Below, piece after piece: positions 57,889-64,000 of a stretch of 64,000 nucleotides of DNA. The notes beneath the pieces were generated by a model that had not been told where the DNA came from, did not search any database, and saw only the letters and a list, made by a program, of their open reading frames with translations. Within the stretch, counting starts at the first letter, position 1. Every line of letters starts with the position of its first letter. Origin of the DNA: Eledone cirrhosa (taxonomy: Eukaryota); the NCBI GenBank assembly GCA_964016885.1, contig OZ024740.1, forward strand, positions 323,516,001-323,580,000. Reading direction: 5' to 3'. The position numbers and the translations under genes are program-made.

Positions 57889-58306
57889 ATAAGATCAAAA
57901 GATGGTTAAAAGAGTTCCGTGTATTTTATTATGCGCATTTCAAAAACGAATATCATCATGGGATGATATTTGCGTTCTCATCAGATATAATAGGGAGACA
58001 TGATATGAAGCTTAAAAAACACTTGCGAGCATTGAAGTGTTAAATCAAGATATGTTGATTTAACACTTCACTGCTCGCAAGTGTTTTTTAAGCTTCATAT
58101 CATGTCTCCCTATTTTATCTGATGAGAACGCAAATATCATCCCATGATGATATTCGTTTTTGAAATGCGCATAATAAAATACACGGAACTATTTTAACCA
58201 TCTTTTGATTTTATATTATTTATACTCCAGTCCTATAAACTGTTGAGTGCTACTTATCCGATATTTGCATTGCTTTATTGTGCTACAATAAAACTCACGT
58301 CCTACA
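57889..58306. mobile_element. Family B fold-back element with two HHRs
   Basis: Arms centred on AAATCAAGATATGTTGATTT; both retain CTGATGA..GAAATGCGCATAATAAAA. Confidence 0.85.
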
Positions 58307-58325
58307 TATATACATATATATATAC

Positions 58326-58384
<59 letters not shown>

Positions 58385-58414
58385 CATATAATATACATAT
58401 ACATATAATATACA

Positions 58415-58453
<39 letters not shown>

Positions 58454-58455
<2 letters not shown>

Positions 58456-58645
58456 CGAAGGAAATGTGGTAAGGAAACAGGTGGACCATAACGCACCAAA
58501 GTACTCAATACTTAGGGTAGTAGAGTGGGTAATAGGAACGAGTAGGACCCCGACGGCTGAGCTCAAGCCGTTTCGACGGCTAATTCTGTCCAGAATTAGC
58601 CGTCGAAACGGCTTGAGCTCAGCCGTCGGGGTCCTACTCGTTCCT
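58454..58645. mobile_element. Family A fold-back mini-element (A1)
   Basis: Arms meet at TTCTGTCCAGAA; (TA)n flanks. Confidence 0.85.
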
Positions 58646-58697
58646 ATATATATATATATATATACATATATATATGCATACATATATATACATACAT

Positions 58698-58736
<39 letters not shown>

Positions 58737-58756
58737 TACATGCATACATATATATA

Positions 58757-59255
58757 TTGAGGTTTGTTGGTTCACCACTGGATAGAACTGGTCATTCCGT
58801 ATGGTCAACCTCGATGTAATATTAGGGAGAGCACTCGACGTAATGCAACTCACCCGTCTTCGTTCGTGTTGTTGGTGGTGCGAGTACGGAGTTAATTATT
58901 ATAAAATAACAGGAGGTCGGACTGGTGCAATTCCTTGAAAGGTTTATTATACTATGATCATTTCAATGACCCGGTTCAGTATGAATCCGGTGACATCATC
59001 AGGTATTCGAAATGTAACAACGGAATATAATCCATTGGACTGAAAAGGCAGAGAGACGAGAAGGCGGCCACACTTTTAGTTTCTAGTTAGGTCGGCCGCC
59101 TTCAAGTGTCTCTCTGCCTATTCAGCCCCATGGATTATATTCCTTTGTTAAATTACGAATACCTGATGATGTTACCGGATTCATACTGAACCCGGTCTTT
59201 GAAATGTTCATAGTATAATACACCTTTAAGGAATTACACCAGTCCAGCCTCCTCT

Positions 59256-59260
<5 letters not shown>
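58757..59260. mobile_element. Family G fold-back element; HHRs at 58949-59006 (-) and 59159-59216 (+)
   Basis: ATAC-CTGATGA..GAAATG(A/T)TCATA-GTAT in both arms; tail on the left. Confidence 0.8.
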
Positions 59261-59344
<84 letters not shown>

Positions 59345-59386
59345 AAAGAACACAAGAGCGTCTACAACATCAAACATTTTTTATTG

Positions 59387-59431
59387 GCTTACAATGTTTC
59401 TTCCTTACGTAACCGTAGGCTTCTTCAGAGC
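59387..59431 (-). ncRNA. Type I hammerhead, family H (element 59342-59862 in (TA)n)
   Basis: GCT-CTGAAGA-[AGCCTACGGTTACGTAAGGAA]-GAA-ACATTGT-A-AGC-CAATAAA. Confidence 0.65.
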
Positions 59432-59919
59432 TATAAAAGGGGTTTGATTGGTGTTATGGACTCTACCAACCAAACATTCAAGAACAAAGAGTAAAGAGAG
59501 TAAAGAGCAAAAGCAGGGGACAATAAGTCTAATTTATGTACAGGCATATATGTATGTGTGTGACCGTATCTAAGTCTATGCTTGAGCCTAGGGCCTATGT
59601 TCCAGGTGATTGGTCAACGAAATATCCTGCTTGAGCATTCCACTGACACGAGTACCCTTGACATAGTACCAAGCGAGATACAATCCGAGATAAAACGCCT
59701 GCTTGAATTTCAGGTTCAGCAAAATGTTTTCCAGCCAAGTGAAATGAAGTAACCAAAAAGTGCTCAAGAAGACATGCCGGACAGTCTAGCATCGTAATAT
59801 CGAGATCATGACTTAACAATCGTGTGTCGAACATCCTAACCCGTAAGACACGCACTTTCGCTATATATACATATACATGTATATATATATATGTGTGTAT
59901 ATACATGTGTATATATATA

Positions 59920-60010
<91 letters not shown>

Positions 60011-60063
60011 ATATATATATATATATATACATGTATATACATGTATATATATATATGTGTATA

Positions 60064-61152
<1,089 letters not shown>

Positions 61153-61173
61153 TATATATATATATATATATAT

Positions 61174-61893
61174 AGAAAGATTTGAATGGATACAGTTTAG
61201 TTGAAAGGAATTTATTAACACGTGTTTCTATAACAGTTACATAACCTAAAACAGCTGCTATCTACAAACTTTTAGTTATGCAGACATTCAATATTTCAAT
61301 GTTATTATTTACTGTCATTTCATCAGAATAATATTACTGAGGACCTATTTAGTTTTTATAGAGAATATTAGGAGGGAGGGGTGAAGTTGTTAGAAGAATA
61401 GTTGAAGGAGTGGTTTTTCGATAGCAGTGAGAATTCTTGGTGGCAGTGAGTAATTAGATTTCCATCTGTTGTTTTGACATTTTTTATAGAATATATTATT
61501 GGTTATTTTTCTAAATCTATAGAAGGATTAGAGATAGTAAAGATATGCGTGGTTGGTTTTGTGTTTGCACTTAATTAACATTCAGACTTAAATTTTTCTT
61601 TCAAGTGTAAGTATCCTTTCACACACGCATTCACACACAAATATATTTGCACACCTCTACAAAATACATATACTCACAATTCACATATTCATACTTACAT
61701 ATATATACACATGCATACACATATATATACACACATGTATTCATGTACATACATACGCGCTCATGTGTATACATTTTCATACTCAACTTATCTTTATATA
61801 CACACGTATAGACACACACATATATACATACATACTCTAGTCCATGTGTACACACATACACATACATACACATCTATATACACACACATACAT

Positions 61894-61938
<45 letters not shown>

Positions 61939-62520
61939 TATACATATATATACATACACATACACACACATATACATATATATATATATATAAGCACTTT
62001 AATACATGAATACACTTACATCTAACTATACACATCAAACATATATATATATTTACTTATTTATATACATTTTCACATATATATACATACTTATGGACGT
62101 TTTTAGACACATTCATTATCACATATTTGCACCTATTCTCATCAGCATATCTTTCCATTATTAGTGTGGTAATTTAAGGTTATTAATATTCTTCTAACAA
62201 CTTCACCCCTCCCTCCTAATATTCTCTATAAAAACTAAATAGGTCCTCAGTAATATTATTCTGATGAAATGACAGTAAATAATAACATTGAAATATTGAA
62301 TGTCTGCATAACTAAAAGTTTGTAGATAGCAGCTGTTTTAGGTTATGTAACTGTTATAGAAACACGTGTTAATAAATTCCTTTCAACTAAACTGTATCCA
62401 TTCAAATCTTTCTATTTTTCTCCGGATTACTTTTGGAACTACAACTGGAACCGTCGAGCAAACTCTACGTGAGCTGATAATCTACTGTGTGTAATATTTA
62501 TATTACAACACAACGGAAAA
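61174..62520. mobile_element. Family J PLE derivative with ~230-bp inverted pLTR arms and tail
   Basis: 61174-61400 mirrors 62187-62414; tail 62415-62520; centre filled by microsatellite. Confidence 0.8.
62256..62375 (+). ncRNA. Type I hammerhead with ~90-nt stem II domain, family J (mirror 61212-61331 on -)
   Basis: TTATT-CTGATGA-[AATGACAGT..ACTGTTATA]-GAA-ACACGTGT-T-AATAA. Confidence 0.75.
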
Positions 62521-62525
62521 TACAC

Positions 62526-62721
62526 CAAAGGAATGTGGTAAGGAACGAAATGGGCGATAACGCACCAGAGTACTCAATACTTAGGGTAGTAGAGTGGGAA
62601 ATAGGAAAAAGTATGACCCCGACGGCAGAGCTGAAGCCGTTTCGACGGCTATTTCTGGACTCAGTGCAGAAATAGCCGTCAAAACGGCTTCAGCTCTGCC
62701 GTCGAGGTCATACTTTTTCCT
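62526..62721. mobile_element. Family A fold-back mini-element (A2)
   Basis: Arms around CTGGACTCAGTGCAG; abuts the family J tail. Confidence 0.8.
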
Positions 62722-62743
62722 ATATATATATATATATATGTGT

Positions 62744-62783
<40 letters not shown>

Positions 62784-62787
62784 GTGT

Positions 62788-62834
<47 letters not shown>

Positions 62835-62883
62835 TGTATTCATACATACATAGATATACATACATATTTTCTCTGTGTGCATG

Positions 62884-62964
<81 letters not shown>

Positions 62965-63015
62965 TATTTTTATCATATGTAATCCATGTGCAACCACGCA
63001 GTATTCATTCTTCTC

Positions 63016-63152
<137 letters not shown>

Positions 63153-63233
63153 GTATATACATATATGTATACATATATACATATATATTCATATATCATG
63201 TAGCTATATGTATTTATATATGTACCCAAACAT

Positions 63234-63271
<38 letters not shown>

Positions 63272-63434
63272 GTGTGTATGTGTGTATATATATGATACAG
63301 TCAATGTTGCTTTATTTAACACCAAGAGAAGATATATTTATATCTGTCCTGTTCGTAATATTTCACACTATAATCAATGAATTATACTTTCAGAACTTCT
63401 CTCACACTACACTTTGATCTCATTATCTCAATTT

Positions 63435-63606
<172 letters not shown>

Positions 63607-63885
63607 CGTGTGTGTGTGTGTGTGCGTGTGTGTGTGTGTTTGAGCGTATACTTGTATATGTTTCTATATGTACGTATGTATATATAAATATATATATATT
63701 TATATATATATATATATACATATATACATGTATATATATACAAATATATATATATATATATACATATATATACACATATACATATATATATATACATTAT
63801 ATATATACATATATATATATACATATATATACACATATATATATATATATATACATATATATACGCACACACACATATATATACG

Positions 63886-63935
<50 letters not shown>

Positions 63936-63963
63936 TGCGTACATACATATATACGTATACACG

Positions 63964-64000
<37 letters not shown>

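Overview
Eukaryotic, microsatellite-saturated, gene-poor DNA. The (TA)n/(CA)n/(GA)n/(GTT)n content and the SINE types suggest an octopus-like cephalopod genome (inference). No host gene is confidently visible; there are only two weak exon candidates, and almost all ORF-track entries are microsatellite artefacts. Penelope-like retroelements (PLEs) dominate: a degraded Neptune-type element (5983-11016), a near-complete Naiad-type element (43758-47434), a 5'-truncated Naiad (47449-49767), a GIY-YIG fragment, and many short non-coding pLTR-derived elements, nearly all inserted in (TA)n. Read as RNA, these contain type I hammerhead ribozyme (HHR) motifs in about ten unrelated families. Most have a family-specific palindromic stem III, several have long stem II inserts, one has a U3-A8 core, and several have AATAAA right after the cleavage site. 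Many occur as short fold-back elements. One 658-bp unit with an intact HHR and a ~270-bp terminal redundancy looks like a retrozyme/circular-RNA-derived insertion. Also present: a Chapaev-type transposon, a Tc1/mariner relic, non-autonomous Helitrons, an RTE LINE 3' end, tRNA-derived SINEs and several minisatellites. All folds were read by eye, not computed. Family letters (A-N) are my own labels.
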